In this document: piece by piece, positions 13,338 to 25,768 of the stretch
Layout: the number at the start of each line of letters is the position of its first letter
How positions within the stretch are numbered: position 1 is the first letter of the stretch
Assembly (NCBI GenBank): GCA_002104905.1
Contig: MCFE01000499.1
Span: 2,250-66,249, forward strand
Reading direction: 5' to 3'
Source: Basidiobolus meristosporus CBS 931.73
Taxonomy: Eukaryota > Fungi > Basidiobolomycota
Length of the DNA: 64,000 nt
Translations under genes and position numbers: made by a program
Notes under the pieces: model-generated
What the model saw: only the letters and a program-made list of their open reading frames with translations
Database searches by the model: none
Told to the model about the DNA's origin: nothing

Positions 13338-14935
13338 GTTATAAATACTCAGTTTACTCCTATATCACTCATATACTCTCTGATTCTGTTTAGCTTATTG
13401 ACAAGTTAGGAGTTATCTATTCAAGTCTAAGCTTGTCAGATATTGGCTAATTCTTGGAATTGGCAAAGTCTTAGATGTTCTCCCAATCACTTCCAATATC
13501 TCCAAAACTCCTGCAACATTCAGCAGGTGTTTTCCCTTCAAATTTTAAGTTGCAGCTTCTGATGGAAGTAATGTGCTGTCAAAGTTAATGGTCACCACCA
13601 ATTCTGTTGTATATCTAAGAGTTTTTAAGTATTTTGCATGATCAAGATGATACTATTGTAAGAGTTTTGCAGAGAGAGTAAGTGAATGGGAGAACAAGTA
13701 GATTATGTTGTTTTTGCTTTATAATTTGTTCAATGTAAAGGCAGTACTTATAATTATACATAGACTTGGTAATGCAAACACATTAAAAATGTTGTGGAAG
13801 GTTCTAACAGCATAAGGAACTTTGATCCGGATTCTCTAAGATTTGTAGACTATGATCCAAGTGACTAAGTAATATGAATATTTAGATGTATTTACAGAAT
13901 ATACAACAGAAAGAGCCTCAGACTTTGCACATATGTTCTTGTGACCTGGTGTTGAGTAGGAAGACTAGTAAGCTTTGTGACTTCAATCATGTGATCACCT
14001 GAATGTAGATGTGATATAAGTGCTTTTGCAAGGTCTTTACAGAAAAGACATGACCATACCTATGGCAGTCTCACAAATATTTGTGCAAAGCCTGGGGTTT
14101 TTGGACTATACCAAGAGTTGTCATATTGCTAGCACCTGACATACTGTTGTAAACTTCAGTAACACATCAAAATACTGCATTAACTTAGTCACTTGATTAA
14201 TAATCTTGAGTCTTCAAATATCCAGCATAAGTGTTTTTGCCAAAATCCTTAAAATATATACCAGTAATGAGAAATTCTAAAGGTAGCTCATAGGCCCCAA
14301 GCTTCTCACTCATGCTCTTGGGACCTTCCTAAGCACACTCTGTGTTCCAGCCCTGCCAAGACCATCTTGTTGTTAAAATTTGAAATTCCCCCTACATATT
14401 CACCTGACTTAGTGACTTGGATCATTACCTACAAATTTTAGAGAATACTGACCAAATTCCTTGTTGGGATTTAATTGGAATATTTTCACCAAAATATCAT
14501 GTACCTGGAACATAAGAATTAGTTAAGTTGTCTAAACACTCCCAAACTTTGCATACATGTTCTTAGGACCCTCCTTAACCTATTCTATGTGATTTTGATG
14601 TCAAGACCATGTAAAAGTATAAATACTACTTTTACATTCAATAAATCATTGAGTGAAAACCTTGAAGCTGATTCTACTCATCATGTGCACCCATATTTCA
14701 ATGAACCTAGTTTAAACTATATGTGATTAGAATCTTGAATGAATTCAAGATTCCAGCCCAGTGTTAGGATGGATGTCAATTACCAACAAGTGATGTCTTT
14801 GATACAAATGCTTGAATTCAGGGGCCAAGCACTATCTAGTTAGCTTTGTAAATAGGCAAGGCAGATATTGCAAAATATGCCTATGAAAAATTGTTACTCA
14901 AGACCAAAAAATGCTTGAATAATAGCAGTAAGATA
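13338..14935. repeat. Pile of degenerate Copia-family LTR fragments in both orientations
   Basis: AT-rich and nearly CpG-free. Carries repeated blocks shared with the LTRs at 35125-35472 and 52724-53072 (gggagaacaagtagattatgt, aaactttgcacatatgttc, tattcacctgacttagtgact). Boundaries are approximate. Confidence 0.7.
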
Positions 14936-14996
14936 AGTTACAAGAGTCTTGAAGATATTGGAAGTGAGTGGGAGAACAAGTAGATTATGTGGTTCT

Positions 14997-17900
14997 TGTT
15001 GCAATATTCTGAGGAGTATTGGAAGTGATGTGGAGAACTAGAGGATTTACATGTTATTCACTTGTAGATTTGTTGATCAAAAGTATGGTATTTATACTTT
15101 TGATAAAGTAGAGGAAACAAACGTGTAGAGTTTGTTAAGGAAGGTCCCAAGAATATGTGTGCAAAGTTTGGGGTCTTTTGGACGACTTTGAGAAAAATAA
15201 TAATCTGGGTACCTGACAATTTGGTGAAAATATTCTAAGTAAATCCCGACAAGAAATCTAGTCAGGACAGAATGCTAATCACAGAATAAGATCTATGTGA
15301 CTAAGTTAGCATGAATATTTAGGTGACAATTCAATAATTACAACACTCCCACTCAACAAAATATTCATGAGTAATAAATACATATTGTGAGTGTGCAATC
15401 TGTAATAAGCGTATAAGATTTAACTGTTTTGCATACTGGACTAATATATTATCCAAAGGTGTATGCATTTGTGTTCAACTTAATAGAACAAGTAACTTGG
15501 AATTCAGTATGCATATCTACTTAGTAATATGCCTAAAAATCTGAATGATCTGATCATAATACTAATCATCAACTTTGATCAGTTGTACGGGCTTGAATAA
15601 TAAGCTGAGTCTAATTGACAGATCGTAATAATGGTATATAGCCTCTGGGCTATCCAATGCTTCTTATTTGAGCAAAATTGACCCACTTTTGGTCAAGTTA
15701 AGGTTTTGTCATTTACGGCAGATCTGGAGTTTCCTTATTTCCGGCCAACAGTCTAATCCATTTAGACAACTTCACTGTGTGTCCATATTAGGCTCAGGGA
15801 CAGTTACTTCCATCATATAGATGCTATATGAGGTAAAAAATAGTGACCTACTTTGGGTCAAGTTAAGGTTTTGTCATTTACGCCTGATCCGGATTATCCT
15901 TGTTTCCTGGCACTGTGGCACATATAACATGGCCAAAAAAAGAAGGTTTTTGCTCAACTCTGAGCTGGGATGGCCTGCTCCCACTTGAACCACGTCTGTT
16001 TAGTGATTCAGATCCACAAATATGATCTAGAATGGTCATCTTTGTCTTCTTTAAATAGCAATAACTTTCTTTGGACTGATTACTTCATATGCGGTAGATT
16101 CAAAGTCCATTTGCTTCTTGATTTACCCAGTTTGGTATTGGACAACACCATGGGTTGTTTGGTAGCTATTCTTAGAGTGCTTCTACTGATTTGGATTGAT
16201 ACAGCTGCTTTTGTCTTATCAGAATATACTTGTAGAATAGAGATTGGCGCTTTTCCAGAAGTGAGATTCTCCTTAACAAGGGCTTTGATTATCCTTATTC
16301 TCCTGATAGTTATTTTCAACCTTGAGCTCGGTTTCCAAGGCTAACTGATCTTCTCAGTGTCTTCAGAATCCATAAAAACCATCTGGTTGATCCTTGCACC
16401 TTTTTCTTTCAGCTCCATAGACAGCAGACATCAAGACTTCTGCACTAAATAATCTGTTCCAATATATACTACAATATCTAACAGATCCTGTTGAAGTTTC
16501 AAGGCTCTTCTGGGGTTTCTAGCTTGAGAACTTCGTACAAGAGGCTCCATAGAACATATCTGCATTGCCAGATAGTCCAAATATGGCCTACATAAGTTTT
16601 GGCACCATTTGGGAAGTACCCTAGTTTGCGGTAGTAGTATTTTCCATTTTTTCTTCTTTTCTTTTTCTGCTGATGACCCAGGGATAATTCCTTTTGTGGG
16701 GTGGTTCTGGACTTCCTTGCAGGTGGGACCACGGTGTTTTTGAGCACAAGAGTCTCCATGACATCATTGTTCCAGAATATCTGACTATTTGAGAGTGAAA
16801 TAATCAAAATCGGCATCCACTTAGATCATTCATAACTTTTGATAGAGTTGACCAAATTTGATCAAATAAACTGCATTTGATAGCTAGCTTCATCAATACT
16901 TCGGTATCAGACTCCAATATATCAGTATTTTGAGTTGCAGAACTTGGCGGTGACTTGATCAATCAAAATTCTTCTGATCTGATCCAGAGAAGTTAAATAT
17001 CACCAAGTGTTTTCTCCCACTGTAATAAGTGATATATATATAACAAGTATAAAGTACTATGTTATCTTCTGAGTGGCTCTTAGCTGTGTACTGACCAACT
17101 GTTGCTTGGTTGTATACTCCAATCAGGCTTGCAATTATATGCTTCACTCCTTTGGCTGGCGGTAGAATCTTCATGAGTTGATTTTGCTAAATTTGTATAA
17201 TACTTTCTCCCACTGTTTTGAGACTTAAACAGAGTGATAGCACGTCTAACAGCTCCATATTTAGCTCCTGGTACACTGGTTTCAGTATCAAAACACTTGA
17301 TACAATTATAGCATTCTTCTAATGGATTGTGTAGTACATATCCGTACTCCAGGTGGATATATATGTATTATATATCATTGGGATCCTTACAATTCAGGAA
17401 GCTTGTTTCTGAGATCTTTTTCCATCAGTAGATAGTCCAGAATGGCGGCTAACAGCTCCAGTATTTGCATTCTCAGCTGTATTTTGAGTGGCAACAGATT
17501 TTTGGTAAAATCCTCCTCCGGCAATCATTAATAATGATCTATATTTTTTTTTCTTTGCAATTCAGGATAATATCCTATCCAAAGCTCGTCTAACAGTCAA
17601 TTGGGGTCATATGAATACATATTGCAGTATATTTCATTGTAGATCTGGACCCTCAATTGCTGGAATTACGCAATTTTCTTCAGTAGTGGTAGAGCACCAA
17701 CATACTATATTTCTTGACACAATTACATGCCAGTTTGATTGACTCTTCTTCATAACTAACTTGGATAGTTACTGAAGGCATCTTTTGAAGGCAAGGCCTT
17801 CTTCTCCACAGCAATATCCTCATAAACATAGTCCTTTAGCAGCGGTAGTCTTCTTTAACCTTAGCAGAGCAATAGTGCGGAAAGTCTTTCTCCAGACTAG

Positions 17901-18309
17901 CAGAAAAGGATCCAAAGCATAGTAGACACCAAGAGGACAGCAAGCTCGGGGCTCATAACCTGTTGCAATATTCTGAGGAGTATTGGAAGTGATGTGGAGA
18001 ACTAGAGGATTTACATGTTATTCACTTGTAGATTTGTTGATCAAAAGTATGGTATTTATACTTTTGATAAAGTAGAGGAAACAAACGTGTAGAGTTTGTT
18101 AAGGAAGGTCCCAAGAATATGTGTGCAAAGTTTGGGGTCTTTTGGACGACTTTGAGAAAAATAATAATCTGGGTACCTGACAATTTGGTGAAAATATTCT
18201 AAGTAAATCCCGACAAGAAATCTAGTCAGGACAGAATGCTAATCACAGAATAAGATCTATGTGACTAAGTTAGCATGAATATTTAGGTGACAATTCAATA
18301 ATTACAACA
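14997..18309 (-). mobile_element. Young non-autonomous Copia-derived LTR retroelement (LARD/TRIM-like, 3313 bp)
   Basis: Two 349-bp TG...CA LTRs (14997-15345, 17961-18309) that are identical by eye. 5-bp TSD GTTCT, PBS GGTTATGAGCCC, PPT GTTGAGTGGGAG. The 2.6-kb interior has no intact gag/pol ORF. Confidence 0.92.
17949..17960 (-). promoter_or_regulatory. Half-tRNA(iMet) primer-binding site
   Basis: GGTTATGAGCCC abuts the 5' LTR and is complementary to the initiator-tRNA anticodon arm GGGCUCAUAACC, as in Ty5/copia. Confidence 0.85.
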
Positions 18310-18584
18310 GTTCTCACTTGTAGATTTACTGAATGTAAAAGTAGTATTTATACTTTTACATGGTCTTGACATAACAAACAGATAGAATAGATCAAGGAGG
18401 GTCCCAGGACATGTGTGCAAAGTTTGGGGCTGTTTGGACAACTTTGAGAATTTTCATGTTCTGGGTAAATATTCTAAGTAAATCCCAACAAGGAAATTGG
18501 TCAGTATTCACTAGGATCTAAAGGTAATGATCTATGTGCCTAAGTTAGGTGAATCCTTAGGTGGAATTACAAATTCTTACAACA

Positions 18585-19330
18585 CCAATATCCCCAAGAC
18601 TCTCACAACACATGCAACATTGGCATTCAATGTTTTATTAATCAAAGCCCTAAAAATCTATTTGTCATCCTATTTACTCTGACTTTCTTGGTATCTCTCC
18701 CCATGGAAGTAGGTGTGGAAATACCAAAGCTCATAGCATATATAAGTGCCCCTAAAAAGCTGATACCAGTCATAAAGTGCTGAACAACCACATCAAATAG
18801 TTTACATGGTGACATCTGTAATAGGCTATTAAGTATTGGAAAATATTTGGGCCAACAATTGATGACTACTTTGTTGTAAGTTTTGTATTTACACCTAAAT
18901 ATTCCCCTCACTTGGTAACTTGGGTCATTACTTACAAATCTTGGATAAATCTTGCCAAACACCTTTTTGGGATTTACTTCAAATAATTTCATCAGAATAA
19001 CAGGTACCCAGGACAAAAGATTTCTTAAAGCTGTCAAAATAGCCCCAAGCTTTGCACAAATGCTCTTGGAATATTCTTATCAAATCTTACATGTTTGTTT
19101 GCCAAGACTATGCAAATGTATCAATACTGCTTTTACATTAAATATATCATTAAGCAAAAACCACATAATCTACTAATTGTCCCAATCAGTTTCAATATCT
19201 CCAAGACTATCACAACATTCTCTGTGTGTTAGGGAATATTGGGATTGTCACACCAAACAAATATTTCAAATACTTAACTTATGCCCAAATCACTCATATA
19301 TCTTGTGAATCTATTGGGTTACAAGTAAAT
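18585..19330. repeat. Further degenerate Copia-family LTR remnants
   Basis: CpG-poor, with blocks such as ccaagctttgcacaaatgctc and aaaccacataatctact...ccaatatctccaagact shared with the Copia LTR family. Boundaries are approximate. Confidence 0.6.
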
Positions 19331-21469
19331 GTTTAACACAATGTATTCTGACAAATGAAAATACTCAATCTTGAGAAAATTGTGACCCAGATGCTGATAC
19401 TGAGCAAGAATATCACGCTTTTGACAGACTTTGGCAAAATCATCTGTTGTGGAGACTCAACAGAGCACATGTCCAAGTGAAGCATCCTTAGACAACAAAA
19501 TATATCCATATTTTCGCAATGATGAAAGTAAAGGACTTCTCCCATGCCATTTGTTGTGTACATCAATTGTAAAGAAATTGAGAAGTCACTATATATTGGA
19601 TAGTAACCAGGGACTCTTGAGAACCGCTACCTTGGTATCATTTTCTCACCTCAAAGGAATCATTGCGAATGGATTCTATACCTTAAGCCATGTGAGAGAT
19701 CAAGCTCCAGTGCTAACCTATATAGATGGGCTATTAGTTCCGTCGGATTAAACAAGTTAGAACATAGAGTGTGCCTATATCAGTACATGTATTCTTGTTA
19801 GTCATGTGCATATATATATGCTTACATCAAATTCCTTAATGTGCTAATTCCACTAGCAATCCCATATATATATAGCATTGCGGCATATGTAAATAAATTT
19901 CTCAACCAAATATCTGGCTAATACACCAAGTAGGTTACATGGTGTGTAGGTGCTTGGGTTAGCTGCGAAAGGTATGCAACATGATGGTATCGCCGCAAGC
20001 CAAGTGTATGCTGCTCAAACCACAGAGGGGCTTCTTGAGATAGTATTTGCTAACAACAGGCGATTCACGTTTTATTCTTGATTTCGTATTCTGGGCTGGG
20101 TACATCAGGAGTATTGGAGCTTAGGACACGCGTGATTTACAAATGTTGCGTCAATTCCGTTGGCTAGGATAACTTGCATCCTGCCCTCAATATTATACCA
20201 GTCCCACCAAAGTAAGAGGTCTAAGCGGAAATGTGGAATCCACATTCTATACGCAGCCTCCGCACCCCAAAAGACCGACGCTCCTACAACTGACAATCCA
20301 TGTATCTGGAGCCTGATACGATCTCGGTTTCCAAGATCTTGACTAGAATGAGTATTCTCATTACTCTTAGGGATTACAATAACGGTGAATTCTTTCCTAT
20401 CCGTACTACGGTATCTAAGTTGATGCCAGTAAGCATTAGTCCCACTACCGCATCCTCCATATTGTGCCAAATGCACAACTGGCTTCTAAGACAGCACGAA
20501 TCTTGATGGCTTTTAGGTATCTTTTGTGCAGCTGAAATAGGTGGCACAAATCAAACCTTGTCGTCAATGCTAATCACCCGAAGCTGTGACACAATAAAAT
20601 GGCTGAAGGTTGAATTGAAGTCAGGGCGTGGAGGCGCTTGGCAGCCTCCAAAACGCAAGATCAATTTGGTTTGGATTTGCAAGCGTGAACCGCATCTACC
20701 GATGTGCATGTGGCTGTTTGATTATTCTGCTGGATGCTCTCTTGCACGATTTCGAGTCTGGTTGACCTGCTCACGATAAGATGGTCTGCTACACACCGCT
20801 CTCTTCGTGGACCCTATCGCATAGCTTATTGGAAACGCCGATTCAACATAAGCTTATGCTAAGTGGACATTGTGTTCCTGTTAAGGCTCTGCGGAGATGT
20901 TCCCCCGGATTTCTGGTTTACATGCCCCGTCTTTGTTGATTATCCATAACCCATACTGGTCTTGGACCTGTTGAGAGTAAGCTCAACCCCATAGAAGAGT
21001 GATAGGCCTCACTTGGCAGGTCGGTTTTGGCAAGGATCACTGAAAATGACAACTGAATGTTTCACTAAAGCAACTCTGCATCAACGAAAGAAAAGCTGTG
21101 TCTACAATTAGACATGGTCGTCTAAAAAAGTTGGTGGAGCACGAAACTATCCGGGTCAGAATTTATATACTAGACTATGGAATGCTTGGAAGTCTCGTGT
21201 CTCAAGGAGTCAAGTAAGCGTGGATAGTCGAGTGGGAGGGAAAAAGATCTAGATGTTGTCAGCACCACGAGCAACACATCCAATGGACATGTCACGACAC
21301 AGCTCATGGCTATATATCTTTCAGAAAGCCTTACGGAAGTCACTGAAGTGGCTTTGAACCTGAATGCGTCGTGGTCACATCTCAAAATCTACAGAGGATA
21401 AAAGCAGTGGGCTAAAGTGAGCTGGCGTCAACAACGGCACGTACTGTGCGAGAATACCTACTCCCAAAG

Positions 21470-22763
21470 ATGCCTAGGGTTAGGCTTATGAGTTTACTTG
21501 GGTGTTTGCTGCCTGTCTCATCTTCGCCTTTCCCGACGGTACCGGAATTGGCGCCAGCGATGTCGCAAACTCCTGCTCCACCTCAGTTTCTTCCAGGTCC
21601 ACTACTCTTGCCCAGGCATGTGGTATTATGATATCCCAACCACCCATTACATCGTAGGAGCAATCATGGGCCTGGGCATCTCTGCTTTTGGCGGTAGTTC
21701 GGTAGACTGGAGCTATAATGGAGTTGCCAAGACCATCACCTCCCGGTTCATATCCCCTGTCCGCGCGGGGATTATGGCTAGCATCATCTATCTAATCACA
21801 AAATACGGGGTCTTGAACCACGCCAATTCGTTTGAACGTGGCCTGATCGCCATCCCGATTTATTTCGGTATTACCGCATCTATTGATGCTTTCTACATTA
21901 TCTACAGAGGCTCGCCAGGACTCTAGTATTGTTCTGTTGGTTATTTATTCGCCCTTCGTTGGTACGCAAACTCGATAAAAACGAGGATCTTCTCTGGTGT
22001 CGCATCTTTGTGGCCTCGTTCATGGCCCCTCACCCAATGCTTCACGCATCTTCGGTGGAGGATGGGAAATAGGAAAAGAGTACTAATCATGAGCTAGCCT
22101 GCGAGGGAACGAACACCTCGAGTGGGGCTTTGGAACGCATCAAGGGTACCCTGCTGTATGGAATCGGTAAAGATGTTGTCAACTTCAAAGGGGAGAGGCT
22201 TCGGAGGATCCATGATGTAGCGGTTCGATACGAGGTCAAAACTGAGTACATGTATAGCTTCCTCAAAGCGATTCCTGCCTCTTTGGCCTCATTTGCACAC
22301 GGATCAAATGATGTTACTAATGCAGTGGGCCCTTTATCAACGTTATACCACGTATGGACCACCGACACGGTGGACATCAGTGAAAAGACCCCAGTGCCTT
22401 TGTGGGTACTTGCAATGGGAGGTGTTGCAATCGATCTGGGCTTGATCACCTATGGTTACAACATTATGCGCACCCTCGGCAATGAAATCACCTACCACTC
22501 CCCTGCACGTGGCTTTAGCATGGAGCTGGGGAGCTCGTCAACAGTGTTCACGGCCTCTAAGATTGGTCTTCCCGTATCGAAAACACACTGCATTACCGGA
22601 GCTACTGCTGCAGCGGGACTTTACAATGGGAGTGTTAAATTGGCGCTTGGTTGCTTGGTGTTTCCTGTCTTGGGTTCTGACCCTTTCATGCGCCGGGCTT
22701 ATTTCAGGCGTGTTGTTTTCATTTGTGGCATATGCGCCTAAACAGAGGCCAGCGATGGCATAG
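21470..22763 (+). pseudogene. PiT-family (Pho89/Pho4-like) phosphate transporter pseudogene
   Basis: Both PiT signatures are recognisable: IGASDVANSCSTSVSSRS and SFAHGSNDVTNAVGP, plus GLPVSKTHCITGA and NWRLVAWCFLSW. They lie in several frames, with a stop at 21924-21926 and an internal deletion after the first signature. Confidence 0.88.
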
Positions 22764-24100
22764 CGATCATCACTACAATAAACATGAGTTGCACTGGATG
22801 TTTCTGCAATGGGTATTGATGCAGATTATGGTGCGATGGATCAGGTAGATATGGTGAAATGAATGGGGGTAGATTGATTTCTCAGATCAAGTCTTGGATT
22901 CTGAATAGCAGTAATTCATTCTGCATTGCGCAAGAAATTCATTGGACTCTACACTGCTCAACTATGAAATGGTCACTCAGCTAACGCTTCTAGCATAGTA
23001 ACACTTGGCGCATCCTGGAGCCTGGTCTTCCAGAATAGCGCTTTTCCAGGTTGGTGGGGAGGGTGCTCAGTTGAACTCGTACTACCGGATCTATCCTCCA
23101 GCCACAAAATCCAAGCGGAACCTCTGCACAACCAATGTCTTCCCCTCTCCAAACCCTCCATGGGCACGTCTGTAGAACGGGGGTTGCTGGGATCATGTAG
23201 AACAGCGGATTCTCCAGTAGAAAAGCCACAATATTTATAGAGGAATGCTACAAGCACGCCGTAAAATCCAGCTACTAGGGCACCGCGGTACCCTATCAAA
23301 CCAACGGATAGGCAGGAAAGCGTGGTAGGAAAGTACATTCTACACGCAGTCATGAAACCTCCCATGAAAATGGCATCCAAAGCGGTCTTGATGACCAAAT
23401 GTGTTTCAAATCTGTTCATTCGAGCTTACTATACAGAACAAGTGTCTGACTGATATCTTTGGCATGCACAAGAGTCAACTTCATACATCAGCATGCGTCA
23501 CAGCATTATTGATTAGGGAATACTAGATCGCCACCTCCGATGCCAGGGTACCCACCCATGCCTAAGATCCCATTCCCAACACCAGGTCTCCGTGCAGGCT
23601 CAGCGAAGACGCCGGCTTGGTGTGGCTAGAAATCACCAATTGAGCAGTAGGACAAGATTATGATGGATCCAACCGACCTTCCATACGTGCTATCCCCGAG
23701 GACCCTTCGTGTGCCAACTGCTCTCCAAGCGTGAACTTGGCTGCTCAGGTGTGTGCTTGATTTGGATCAATGTGCCGCCCAAATCCTGAAAGCAGCACGT
23801 TAGACTGATCTAATAAAATGTTTGGCTCATAGGTTGTGACCCACTGCACCCACAATATATGTATTGCCATGTGGAATTATTTCTAGAAAGATTGCTTCCA
23901 TTATAGATCAATAAGTTCTTAAAATAGCAGGGTCAGGTGATTCTCCGGTGGATATGACGTTGCTGCTGAGTCAAATGGGTCCATGTAAATTTGATTGAAT
24001 CTGGAACTCTACTCCGAAGCTATAAATTTCAAAGCCACCTGCCGTCCATCAAGCATTTATTGTCCCAGTATCTTCTCTGGCCCCTTACTATCCTTCTAAC

Positions 24101-24699
24101 ATGTTGAAAGTAGCGCGCAGTCTCCCGGAGTTTGAATGGGTATACGCTAGTGGAGGTAGCATCCCTCCAAATGCAGTCCAGGGTGGCTATGAGTCTGATG
24201 GAAGGCCTCTGTTCATCGCTCGTTATTTTCACAAGGACGGCCTTCATATCGGTAAGGCCGCCCCTCACTTGAAGGGCATCAACTTTGGTTATGATGGTAG
24301 GCTAGTGACTGGTTGTTATCGCAGCACAAACCCTGGCTAACGTACGTTGTAGGCAAAGAGCACTGCAAAAAGGAGTATTATGTCCTGTGTGGCCCAGCCA
24401 GCAAGCTTCACTGGGTTCAGTGTGAGGGACCCGTGAACCCCACCAATTGGGTACCTTTGGAAGCGGGTCGGGAGGCCGACGGAAAGGAGGTACGTTTGCC
24501 CAACCCAGCATAACCGTGGCCTCACTGTTCGCTAACCAACTCTTTTTGACGACAGCTATTCATCGCCAAGATCAAATACGAAGGTGGCGAGCATATCGGA
24601 AAGGCCGGCGAGCATCTTCTCGGCATCTGTTTCCCATACGGTGGAAAGGAGCGGATAGAAGCATCCTATTACGTGCTTGCAATCCAACCCCCACAATAG
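24101..24699 (+). CDS. Two-repeat DM9 (DUF3421) lectin-like protein, 158 aa, 3 exons (24101-24296, 24353-24489, 24556-24699)
   Basis: Repeat 1 is WVYASGGSIPPNAVQGGYESDGRPLFIAR...HIGK...YYVLC; repeat 2 is WVQCEG...AGREADGKELFIAK...HIGK...YYVLA. Introns of 56 and 66 nt have GT, GCTAAC and AG. TATA ctataaat lies near 24020. Confidence 0.9.
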
Positions 24700-25768
24700 A
24701 TTGTACCTTCTCCCCCCAGCTTGTAACTAGTTGTATTTGAGTTTTTGTATTAGCGCTGGCCAAGAAAATTCCCCTGTCCCACGATTCGAGGAAACATGAC
24801 GCACTCGAAGGTGCATCTGGTTCCGAATCCATCAAATGTCAAAATAAATCATCTCTCCATTCACCAGTGATCCATCCACTCCTATCATGGGAATCCCAAA
24901 CCAAGAAATCCCCCATCACCGCAGCCCGTAATGAACCATGGATCCATCGCCAAAAGCATCCATTGCCATTGTTGTCCATCTCCATCTCCAGCTTCAGTGC
25001 GCAGCGATGATCTGCCTGCGAATCGGTGGTTTTGATGCGTGGTGTGGAGATAGACTATACATATCCAGAGAAGCATATCAGCAAACAGCGAACCTTCCAA
25101 CTCGACGGGATCCCTCGGTGGTCAAAAAGGAAAATCAGGCTCTCGGCCATTTTAGGCGAATCCGGGCAATTCGGCTCAAGCTGCTCGGGACCGACGAGAA
25201 ATCCCTGACGAGTCTTCTGGCCATCTGTGAGGCAGGGCAGAACCCTAATGTGAATTGTTCCACCATGTATCCGTATCTTATCACTGGCGCCATCATACAT
25301 ACAGAGCATCGCCTCCTTCTAAAGATGCCTCCGACCAACCATCTGCACGGAAAAGGGTTTTGGGCATGAATGGCGTTGGTGGTTTCTCCGCAAATCGCAG
25401 TCGATGTTACTCTGCTACGGGCTTTCATTCTCGGCCAAGCCTATCGTCAACGTCATGTCCATGTTCGCAATGATTTTATTAATAACCAATAACCTAGGGT
25501 AAGTTATACAACTACGACATCTGATCAAAAACGAAATCATATTCACGAAGTGGGAAGTGCATGCTGCTCACAGTCAAGTGGGTGGAGGTCAGCACAAAAC
25601 GTCATGTTTGTTGGATGTGAGGGAGCTTCTTGGTCTATAACACCTCCTTGTTTGGCTTTGTGGAATAAGGATATTTTTTAGATGATAGATTGGATCTATT
25701 TTGTCGGGCTCGAACCAAGAATAATCCAGTTTTATGATTGAGTGGTATATCCGCCAGGCCTTCCCGGG

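Larger units (their letters stand above)
14936..18584 (-). repeat. Solo Copia-family LTR split by the 14997-18309 insertion (halves 14936-14996 and 18310-18584)
   Basis: Joining the halves across the GTTCT duplication gives a sequence collinear with the 349-bp LTR at 52724-53072. Confidence 0.85.

Noticed and set aside
15970-16344. Hydrophobic 124-aa ORF inside the non-autonomous element, considered as env-like or a captured membrane gene
   Set aside because: It is antisense to the element, and its L/I/V richness is what the reverse of an A-rich strand gives. No motif supports it.
22973-23419. 148-aa ORF with hydrophobic N-terminal half, vaguely Tim17/Pmp24-like across a frameshift
   Set aside because: Similarity is too weak to assign by eye; counted only among the unidentified gene-like tracts.
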